A stretch of 64,000 nt of DNA from Eledone cirrhosa. Its lineage: Eukaryota. Made by a program: the position numbers and the translations under genes. Of the stretch, positions 53,290 to 64,000 are shown one piece after another. The first letter of the stretch is position 1; every line of letters starts with the position of its first letter. The stretch lies in contig OZ024742.1 of NCBI GenBank assembly GCA_964016885.1, positions 86,614,001 through 86,678,000 on the forward strand. Direction: 5' to 3'. The notes under the pieces are model-generated. The model saw only the letters and a list, made by a program, of their open reading frames with translations. It did not search any database and was not told where the DNA came from.

Positions 53290-53600
53290 AGCGTATCGAT
53301 GCTTTTAAAAACTGAAGTGCTTGTTATCGAACATACGTTGCTCCCCTGGATTCGGTCCAAATAATGATATACCTGTCGTATATGGGGAGGAGGAGAGTTT
53401 AGATCATTGTTCCCAGGATTGCCCCGGGATTGACCAATGGTGCATCCTGGGATGTGTGACGGCAGTGGCACTGACACTATTCTCGACATGTAATCTGCAG
53501 AGTGTGAGCGGTGGTCCGGGACTGGTATGGAGATTATTCTCCGGTCAGACTCAAAGGCATCAAAAATATCAAGGACTACGTCAAGATGCTGGTAATTTTT
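53290..53600 (+). pseudogene. Degenerate L1/Tx1 ORF2 C-terminal fragment
   Basis: GEEESLDHCSQDCPGI resembles the CCHC knuckle (EESxxHxxxxCP). Confidence 0.45.
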
Positions 53601-53779
53601 TTCTGGTCCTAGTTTTGTCCAAACCGTCTGTTGTATAGGAACTAGGACGAGCTATCGGGTTGGATGGCCACTTTGAAGCAGTAATGTGCTTAGAGGAACG
53701 AAGGTGACTAGCGCCTACATCACATTTGTCATCCACAATCTGACCGTTGCGCATTGACCCCATTCACGACCCCCAAATT

Positions 53780-56330
53780 GGAGCGCCTGTTCTTCTACGT
53801 GTTGTAGAAGTGAGAGTTTCTATTAGTCAGGCGATCCATAAGGTGCCAACAACATTTATACGGTGGGCTGGATATGTCGGGATTAATGATGCCAAACATG
53901 CGCTGTGTCTACATCTCCAGATATTCCTAAAGAGTGAAAATGTGTTCCTGGCATTTGTGAAATACGTCCTTCTGCAATACGAAGTGCCTGACAACTGTAA
54001 CGTTGTCAGGTGCTCACAGCAATCTAACCATTGGTTAATGCAGTCAGTAGAAATTCTACTGTAGAGTCCTATAGAGAATAGTGGTGAGCAACATCTACGA
54101 CGCTCTTGGAGAGATTCTAGGCCTCATAAATGAGTAAATAGCTCTTATGTCCTTGAGAAATTAGGAGTCTGCGACCATGGGCAACTTCAAGAAATCCCTA
54201 TCTTGACAGTGTTACGGGGGAGTTTGAGACAATGTCTACATGCACGGAAGTCTACATACACTGTTCGAGATGCTGGCAGATTGACGAAATAGTTCAGGAT
54301 ACAGTCTCCCAATTTCCGAATATTGCTGGCTTTTGGATTTTTATCGAATAGCTCATGTCGCGTGTGAGACAAATGTGTAAAATCGGTCACTTCCATCGTG
54401 AATATCATCCTGCCGCCTTCTTTTGGTTAATATGAGCTGGCTGATAGCTGTGGTGGAAGAGGCTGTGTGATTGATTGGACTCAAAGGACTGTAGACAGAA
54501 ACATTCCTCTTCGTTTAAGTAAACATCGACACTTCATGTAAGAGAGATACTGCCTCCTCTCCCAGTATGTTCATTAAAATATAGGTTGATATAACGAGTA
54601 TGTGCTCCTCTGAACATGCGTCTGTAGGCTGAAGAGTTTAGACAGATTTATTATTTCGGTCATCATCATCCTCATCGTCGTCATTATCACTTTCACTGCT
54701 TCTTGTTTGTATGATAAATAAGATATCTTCTTAAATCCAACTAACTGTTATCTATCTGTACGCGGATGTTTGCAAATTCAATCGTAAGCCCTAGGTTGTG
54801 TTTGCCAATAATGCTCTGACATTAATAATTTGGATATCTCGCCGATTTATGTAAATAAGAATTTATGCAAGTAAGAATTTTGATATATACAGCAAAATAA
54901 ATTTAGCATTATATTCTCATAATTGAGAGATATCATTGGCTTAAAAACCTCTCTGAACCTCTCACATCTTTCCAACTGTTAATGGGTATATTATATATTG
55001 CCCAAACATGTCAATGTGGAATTTATAACGACAAGAATATTCTCAGTCTTATTTCCTTAGTGTTTAACATAATTTACAGGCATGCATAAAATATATTATT
55101 TGCAGTGAATCCGCAAACTTTGCGTTGAAATTGTGATCTCTAGATGGAAACTGAACAGTAACTGTTGAATGCCAATAATCTCCCATGCGAAACATGCAAT
55201 AGCACTATTGATGAGCTAGTTAAGTTTGAATTGGCAGTATGTGAGGTACATTGAAGAGGAAAATTACGACTAAATTCATGAAACTTAGCAAAAGACTAGT
55301 GGAAAAATTACAAAAAGAAACTGAGCAAGTCATCCTGTGTAAAGAAGAGCGACAACTCTATCATTATCATTTCCATGTGCATTATGATTTCAATCGTTGA
55401 ATGGATACAAATGTAGAATTAATCCCATGCGGAACGGTAAAATACTTCTGATATGGTGGCTGCTATATCAAACTTAATTGAGGTAAAAATCTGCATTGGA
55501 GCAATCAAGGAGGTTTATTCGCTTACATTGTTGTATTTATTGCCACGTACATATAATAGTTCACTACTCTCCTGAGAGCTCAGGCATGCAGGGTGTTCCC
55601 TACATGCCTAATTGTAGTCTCCCATGCTCCGATATGTGACGTTTGCGATGTACATTTCAGTATTTTTCGTAGCCCATCTGTATGACTGTGTATCCGGGGC
55701 CATGGTCAATTGCACAAATGCACTCATCTAGCTACTCTCATTCTCCATGACCATGCATTGCACCAGCGTTCACTCCATCTAAAACCTAATGTTAACACTC
55801 AGGCGTCAGCCTGGTTTCCTCCCAAAATTCTGCCAACAATACCACAATCTAGGATGTGGTTTAAATATACTAGGATGGCATGACATGAACAAATGTAGCC
55901 TTCACTGATTTAATCTCAACTATCTTCCTCTCTCATCACATTTTTTTCGAGGACCGATCAATTAGTGTGAGTTTACTATCTAGTTCATGTGTACCGCTCC
56001 TCTGTACTCTGTTTTCTAAAAGGATATTTGATAGCATCACTGTTTTTCAATGTCTATGTTTTGCAGATTATACAGTGTCAGCTGTCACACTAAGGTATTC
56101 AGAAGATTATTCTTAACGCTCTCATGGCGACGGTTGATATTCCACAAATGTTTAGGCTGCATAAATGCAAATCTTTTTAAACTTGCCGCGCCTTTATCAG
56201 CAGATCTTTTAAATGGTGATATCACGATGAGGGCGATGTTTATTTACAAATATCATGAACACGTTGGCCATATAATACAATTCTAGATCCATAACTATGT
56301 CATTTAAAGAGCCATGTATCTGAAAATGTT
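53780..56330. pseudogene. Scattered, highly decayed RTE-like LINE relics
   Basis: IRWAGYV (+, about 53860); EEQAGF-like and ACREH-like echoes (-, 55580-55830). Confidence 0.3.
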
Positions 56331-57937
56331 GGTCAGTAATATGTGAGTATTTGTGTTCAAAATGAACGAACGTGCTCGATAGTTATCAAACCATTAGACA
56401 CTGAGGCACACCACATGTCTTAAATGGAAAGGCACTGTTCAATTCTGACTAGTGAGACTGACGAAATCGACTGTCATTACTTGACAGCCATCCTGGCCAT
56501 TGGACTTTTAATTCCTGTGGTAGAAGCCTGATCACTAAACTGGATAAAGTTATATTTATTGTACTCTACCTAAACTGCCACTTATTTGTAGCATTACCCA
56601 TGACACAAATGGCCCCTCATCGTTGCGAAGAAGCCACCGAATATGCTGGAAGATTACCAGGGATACCGGAAACATATATTACCGTGATAATTCGTTGAAT
56701 TTTGTATCGTGTTTGACATATCAATGTGTGCTTTCAATTTTTCAAATATAATATATCTCAGCTAGTGAGACCGATTGAATCAGGAATACGTTTCCACAAA
56801 ACATGATTTGTTTTGTGCCTTAATGAAAGAACTAATGCAAATGATTGTCAATGTTAATCGAAAATCCTAATATTTTTGATTTAGGTAAATCTGCTCACGA
56901 ATTTTCTAGTTTGTATCCGACCTTGTTGAAGGAAATAATTGTCAATGAAATAATGAGCAGTTGGTATTAACTGTTTCCATTTACAGATAGGATTTATATG
57001 GGTGTCTACATTATAGATACATATGAATATAACATAAGGGAAGCACATTCTATAATTCTTTTAATATTCCAATCAAAGAAATGATAGGCATTTCTCCTCG
57101 TGTTTAAAACACCATTTCGGATTCTCTACTTAAGTATTAACTGCATAAAATCAATATTGATCTCAAGAAGAATCTGAAAAAAAAAAGAAAAACTCAACTA
57201 GTCTTTCATGCCTACGAATTTCCTACTTAGAAAATCATCAAAGAAAAAGATGGTATTTGGTGTGGGCATTTGTAAAACGAGTTAGAACCCAAGATACAAA
57301 GCAATTCATCATTTCACTCAGAAGTAACCATCTCTGCACATGCACATAAGCATACACATTGACACACGCTCGTACACACACATATATATATATGAAAGCG
57401 GCTTCCATTTCATATTTGATTTAATAAATAACTACTTCTTTTCCTGTTATCTTTATTCCTATGTGCATTGTTATGCATATTTCTCCCCTGTATGATCTCG
57501 TGTATTGAAAAAAGCTTTAACGATTTCTATGGCTATTTGTGTAGATGCATATGTCATTTCGAAAGTTTGGTTTTATTTTACCACATTTATTGATCTTATG
57601 ATCTACATGTTACACCTAGATAGCATGTTGAAATAGATAATTCTTCGCTAGTCGTTTTCAATATAGCGTATATTTCAAGCGACTATTCTGAATCTCTCAA
57701 TAATTCAAACTAACTCATTCACACTCTCAGGTATATATTCATCCCTTTTCGACGTTATATTATAAGGTTTTGATATAAAAAAAATATCTACTGACTCGTT
57801 TCCCTATCTAACTTTTGACACACCACTACATGCACTCTTACGGATAGATTTAGCTATGTATAACCACATGCACACATAGTCTCGCGGATAAAATTGTACA
57901 CTTGTAAACAGAAACCGCTTATATGTAGATAATAAAG

Positions 57938-57978
<41 letters not shown>

Positions 57979-58473
57979 CTTATCATCTCTCTCTCTCACT
58001 CTGTATATATATATATATATATATAAATATATATATAAATCTTATTATCTCTTTCTCTCACTCTGTATATATATATATATACATATATAAAACATGTGCA
58101 TGCATATATGTATAGAGCTATCCCGAAGATAAATTTAAAAATTGTACTTGATTAAAAATTGTACTTGATCCATCTTATAGAGCTACATATGCAATTAAGG
58201 CTAATCATCAGTATTGCAGAGGCGAAAAACCTATATACGTTCGCCTGTATTGAGTTCTAGCAGAAGGCAACGAGGATCACTGTTCTGATGAGATACAGAA
58301 GCATAGAGAGTTATCCTTCGCGACTGTTTCCAGAATCCGCTAGATGGCACTGGCCTTCAGCCTTCCAATTTAAAGCTTGGTTTCCTAAATGTTTATTTAT
58401 ACATACCGTATCACTTAAAATAAACGAAATTGAAATACATATATACATACAAATATGCCGAAGCGAAAAATTA

Positions 58474-58546
<73 letters not shown>

Positions 58547-58689
58547 TATGTATTAAAAATGACGCTTTGTTATATCTCCCTGACGTTTATTGAGTAGTGA
58601 CGCGCGTTTGACTATTGATCAGCTCAAGTTTCGGTCTGCATCAATCTAGCCCGATTCTGGTGAACATACAGTAGCTGGAAGTTATATTC

Positions 58690-58787
<98 letters not shown>

Positions 58788-59395
58788 CATTCATCAAATG
58801 TTTGGTTCGTAATATCCTCTATAATTTTTATGTAAGTTTTTCATGGGCGATTTCGCCTGTTCTTGCCATTCCGGGTGGTAGAATGCAAATCGTAACACTG
58901 CTTTTTGTTACTTTGAACGAATGACCTAAAGTTCTTTTGTTTAATGATTATGGATCAGTGGTTTACACTGGATGTTTTGTAGAATAACATCATTGTACAC
59001 GTAATCCATTTGAATTAGGCATGTAGAAGGTAGGACCAAGAAAATTCAGCCTGTTTGATAACCGTTTGATTATGTTCTACGACTGCTACATAAAACAATG
59101 AGGACAGTGGCGGGGTCAAAGATTTGTAGTTTTAAATCTGCTCTAAAGTTGTAAATGTGTGTCAATTCTATATATGGCTTGAATTTGTCAGTATTTGTCA
59201 AATTCTAATTAGCACTGTTCTTTTAGATCCTCATATTTTAAGACATCAATGGCTTCAATGGTTTGTTCAATAGTCATTCGAATAATTACTCATGTTGGTG
59301 TTAAGGAATAGAACTTGGTCTCTGGTAGAATTTTTTTTTCGCACAACATGTTGAGCCTTCATTTCTATTTTATGAATGTGTGGGATAACGCCGTC

Positions 59396-59520
59396 TACAG
59401 TGGTGTCCAACGGATAAAGGTTTACTGCAAAATCTAAGCCCAGGTGTGTCAATTTTTCTGCAAACCGTAATCTGGGTTTTCCAATTCATAATTCAGTACA
59501 ATTATAAGCATAGGGGGATC

Positions 59521-59589
<69 letters not shown>

Positions 59590-59803
59590 AGTGTGTATGT
59601 ATGTGTGTGAGAGAGCGAGTGTGTGTGTGTGCCTGCGTATGTGTGTATTTATATATATACACATATATTATATGTATATCTGTGTGTGTGTGTGTGTGTG
59701 TGTGCATGCATATGTGTATATGTATATATTATTAATACAGTTTCAAACCTTAAAATATATGTTCGACATTATGTTACGGTGTACATTTATGGCCACCACT
59801 GTA
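59396..59803. mobile_element. Tc1/mariner-type MITE with internal microsatellite
   Basis: TACAGTGGTGTCCA at 59396 and TGGCCACCACTGTA ending at 59803: a 13/14 inverted match that includes the TA target duplication. Confidence 0.65.
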
Positions 59804-60568
59804 TAGTAGACGAGCTTTTTCAACATCAACATAGTCCGTTTATTCATTCATTCCCACAACGAAGAACTAAATAGAAAAGACTAAAAATATATTCTAAAGC
59901 GCAAGATATGGGAATTGAATGTAACATACGAGGATAGGCTAAAAAGATCATTTGCTGAAATGGAAAGACTAACGCTAGAGCTGTGAAATCTGTCATTCAT
60001 TAATTTTAGCTTTTCTCTTTAATAACTAGATTGTTTTTCCAGGTTCTCTGTAGAAGAGTCATTCCGTTACTCCATGAGAGTTCCGTTGTGAGCCTATGAA
60101 ATTATCAGCGTTTGAACTTTTCAGCTTACCCTGGTACAATCCAATGGGCAGAATATGAGAGACACATCTTCATTAACAAACAGGTACAGCCTTAAAAATT
60201 ACTCTTTGCCTAATTAAAGAAATGTTTCTTTAAAACAATGAACAGCGATAACATAAACTTAATTGTATCTGTGACAAATACCTAGTTTGTCCATCTTCAA
60301 TATGTGTTGACCCACTCACTTTCACAATTTGTTTTCATTCTTGTCATGTGTTTGCTTGTAGACTATTGAGTTGTATTTTTCAAGTTTATTTCGTATCTTA
60401 TCTCATCACGCTAATATAAAATCCATCTGACAAAAAAATTACATCAAACAGATTTATATACCAATTACTACCGAAGGCGAAGAAGCTTACCGTAGGTCAA
60501 AATATATTTATAAAAATAATAATACTAATGCATATATTTATTTATATTTATTATTTCATATGTGTCTT

Positions 60569-60601
<33 letters not shown>

Positions 60602-60602
<1 letters not shown>

Positions 60603-61330
60603 AGGCTGCTCGTCTTAGGAGGACAAGCCTCCGCTACTTGCGGCTACGTATTCTCTAGGTAAAACTTAAGAAAAAGTGCGGAGTCGGAATATAATAGGCG
60701 GTTTTGAGTTGTAATAAACTCCTTTCGGGCAGTGCCAGGGCCTACTCTCGCAGCAGTGGTTGGAGACTTCAAAGCCGGGCTTTCCATAATCGGCCGTCAT
60801 GGCGTTGGCAAAAATAATGAGAATGGCCGGAGACGTTTAAGACTCTGTTACCTTCATAAGCTGGCAGTAACAAACAGGTTCTTCGAAAAAAAGACAAGAC
60901 ACAGAGTCTCCTGTGTTCACTTCACATCCTGCCTCTGGCACCAGCTGGACATAATCATTTCAAGAAGCAGCATCTCAACAGTGTGCTCAACAGAAGAATG
61001 TTTCGAAGCGCAGATTGTGATATTGATCACATCCACGTCCGCTACAATATTCGACTTATCCTGCGAAGAATGCATCATTCTAAATCCAAATGCTTCCCCG
61101 TATCAATGCTTACCTATCGCCATATTCGGCCAAATTCAGGAGATTTCGGGATCTTCAATGCACCACTGAAAAATGGCTGCACATAAGATTCGATCGCCGA
61201 CGCCAAGTGGAAACATGTGCGTGATGCTGTAAATCAATCGATGAGCTAGGAAATAAGGAGCAGTTTGAGGCCAGCTGGCAGGAAATCTAAATAGCGGTGG
61301 AAACCAAATGAATTCGTCACTGCTTGACCA
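60602..61330 (+). mobile_element. RTE-clade LINE 5' portion (5' UTR + APE endonuclease fragment)
   Basis: VVGDFKA, GRHGVGKNNENG, LAVTNRFF, WHQLDIII, RSADCDIDH. Confidence 0.85.
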
Positions 61331-62619
61331 GCGTGTCTCTCATAGCCCCGTCATTGTCATGTGATAACGGGAGAGCTCAATGTGATGTGATAGTGGGACA
61401 GTAGATTGGCTGCTCCAGGGTGAAGGAGTGACAGGACGTTCCAGGTGGCCACATATATCTTGAAGCATTAGTTAATCTATTGTTGGCGGGCCATGCAGTG
61501 GTGCGTTAGCTTCACGAAATGGGAGGAAAGCGATACAAACTGGTATTTTGCCATCGCTTCAGTATAACTCCGGTAGTTCGAATTGTGATGGAAAGCCTGC
61601 AGCACCCCAATGAATTTTGAAATTAATTTAAAGGAAATCAACATTGCGGCTGAATCATTGTAGGCGAAGGTCAACCTCATCTATCATGAAACCACAGTGG
61701 CATTTGAATACCCTATGTGAACTGGAAACCGCTTTGAGGTTGGGAAATGGGTTGGAATTAAGAAATACGGTGCTCGTCAGGCTGATAGACAAATAGCTTA
61801 GCATTTATTGCAGTCTTCACTTTCCATTTGAATTGGAGAGTTTAAAAACACGGAAATGGAGAGAAAGCAGCCCCAAGTAGTGTATACATTTTTTTACAAT
61901 GTTTGTCGTATAAATACTTCCAATAATATTTGTGTGTATCAGCACAATATGTAGCGTGTGGAAGAGACCATGCCTAAATCATATTCTATAACACCAGCTG
62001 AATATAAACAAAAAAATCACAATAACAACAAGAAATTTAAATTTAAATATAAACGCGATGAAACTAAATATTTTACACTATGTAATTAAAGCCAATAGTT
62101 GTTACACCAAACACATAGCAAACCAATTTACAATTACAATTATCGTACTCTTAAGATGTCAAATGTAATTTTATATATTTTAAATTCTTGACGTTCACAT
62201 GTGAAAATAACGAAGAGAATAAAGAATTAATGAGAATGCAAATGAGTTATTTACTATATAGGTAATTACGTGTCTTCCTCGAAAACAACATGCACAAATC
62301 AATGAAGTAAGCACAGGAGTGAATTATTAATACAGCGAAACTTCAATAGAAATTGGTGGCTAAACAAAAATGGCATGCATACATTCACAGATAGGCATAC
62401 GCACACTTTAAACCTGTAACGTCGTAGGAGTTCCACCACAGTGATACACACACAGAGGCGGAAACACACAGTCACACACAGAAGTGATAATCACCACAAA
62501 AGGACGAAATGGTGCACAATAGAACAAAGAGGAAACAGAGATGAGAAGAATGATCATTGTGTAATTCACAGGATGCGTGAGGAAGGATGTTTGATGATTA
62601 ACTTGATAGTTACATTTAA

Positions 62620-63795
62620 ACAACTGGGATGCAGGAGAACCATGGTTTTCTAGGGTGGGAGGTTGTTGGGCAGGTTCCGTTGGTGGCGGTTCATCTGCTG
62701 TCAGCACCCGATACGTAGAGGGGTGGGCATGCCGTGGCAAATGATGAGGAAACATGCGCCGAGGCTTCAGGATCTTCGGATATTCTCCTTAAAAGTTGAA
62801 CAGGGGAGGACACCGTTGTGATACGGGCTTTTTTGCAGCTCGTCTCTTTGACTGAGCAGCAGTCCTGGGTCAAGAAGCGACTGAGTCTGGGCACCTGGCA
62901 TATGGAATGTTTCCAGGCGCTCACTGCTCATTACCAGGCGGGCAATGCGGTCAGTGTGATCCTACTCTAGTACTATAGTGGAGGAATAGTGGGCATTGCA
63001 ACGATGCACTCGGAGGGGCTCTAGGCGCTGTCTAATTCGAAATGACCAGTCTGTTTCAGAGGTCTTTCGAGACGGGGACTATGGATAATTTCCAAAAATC
63101 ACTCGCTTGGCAGGACTACAGAGGAGCACTTCTGATTCGGGATGAACAGGTAGGGAAGTGCTGTAAGACAGACCTGTCTCAGATGCGCGCAGTGTGACGA
63201 AACCGTTCTGCCCGCAGTCGTTATGTGTCCGTGCATTGCTGACATGAGGAGTTATGTCGAACAACTGTTCCCGCAGGTAGAACAAGCAGAACGGATCCGG
63301 CTTTCGACCGAGTCTATACAGAAGATCACCCCCTCCTCTTCGGCCGTGAAAGGAGGTAATTTTCGACTGTTTGGTGGGGGTAGCGAAATAGCCTATGTGG
63401 TGGACTAGGGTGAAAGAACTGATGTCATACATGTTTCTCTTCGGCCATTCCCTCATTGACTTTTTCAAGTTTCATTTGGAAATGAAAATGAGGAAAAGGA
63501 GATAATGTATTTGCTAACAAGTGGGTGAATGTGGTGAGTAAGACTCTGAGCATGCGTCTGATGGCTGGCTAATTTGAAGGGGAGATAGCTACCCTTTTGC
63601 AGGATTCCTGGAAGCGTCCGGGGATTCATGTTTGGGCAGTTATCCCCTCTATAGGGGAATTATGTTTGTCATTTTCTTGTGTTTTTGTTATAGCCTTTAT
63701 ATATGTTTTACTCTATTTCATTGTAAACCACCACTGGCTCTCTCTTTATTTATTGTCCCCTGCATGTATGCCCTTGAGGCCTATAAACAAATAGT
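62620..63795 (+). mobile_element. L1/Tx1 LINE 3' fragment (ORF2 C-terminus + 3' UTR)
   Basis: ICCQHP, GMPWQMMRKHA, MDNFQKSLAWQDYRGAL, CLRCAQCDETVLPAVVMCP (decayed CCHC), WWTR, FFKFHL, then a T-rich 3' UTR. Confidence 0.8.
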
Positions 63796-63799
63796 TATT

Positions 63800-64000
63800 A
63801 TTATTAATATTATTATTATTATAGTTGATTTTATCTTGCTTTATGTTAATACGAGTTATCACCAAGTCACAACCAGTGACCTTAAGAGACAACAAGGTCC
63901 GCCATGTTCAAAGAAAGAACATACATACACACACATGCATCTTTAGGTGCTTAGACTTGTGACGTACTTATATTGACAGAATCTTCCTTAGTATATGGGC
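63800..64000 (-). mobile_element. R4/Dong 3' end with (TAA)n tail, running off the window
   Basis: 63850-64000 is homologous to 49788-49929. Confidence 0.8.

Noticed and set aside
56640-56900. Possible Gypsy integrase crumbs (GIPET-like), also at 59270-59395
   Set aside because: Too short and decayed to support a call.
58200-58650. CTGATGA strings and AAACGCGCGTC resembling hammerhead halves
   Set aside because: I could not assemble core, GAAA and stem I on the same strand.
62691-63468. Minus-strand ORFs first read as a Gypsy integrase/GPY-F region
   Set aside because: The plus strand gives a much better continuous match to an L1/Tx1 ORF2 C-terminus.

Overview
This is an AT-rich, microsatellite-saturated animal genomic window. 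It is most likely from an octopus or other coleoid cephalopod, inferred from the tRNA-derived SINE family and the extreme (TA)n/(CA)n load. I see no host gene. Almost everything recognisable is retroelement-derived: one full-length Gypsy/Mag-like LTR element (1852-5914), a near full-length CR1/L2-group LINE (8086-12456), at least five Penelope-like element (PLE) insertions with inverted pseudo-LTRs (one forming an 8-kb palindrome), R4/Dong, RTE and Tx1/L1 fragments, SINEs, a Tc1/mariner relic and a MITE. Four signals stand out beyond the ORF track. (1) About 20 type-I hammerhead ribozyme motifs from about 9 unrelated sequence families, most with palindromic stem III, including U3-A8 core variants, very long stem II variants and a non-coding tandem retrozyme-like unit. 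(2) The LTR element has no tRNA-type PBS; instead a 13-nt PBS is perfectly complementary to its own LTR, suggesting Tf1-like self-priming in a non-chromovirus whose RT motif is YIDN. (3) The LINE ORF1 combines a Myb/SANT-like domain, polyQ/polyT tracts and two CCCH fingers. (4) A PLE pseudo-LTR is packed with E2F, CCAAT and E-box motifs. All calls were made by eye, without database searches or folding software.
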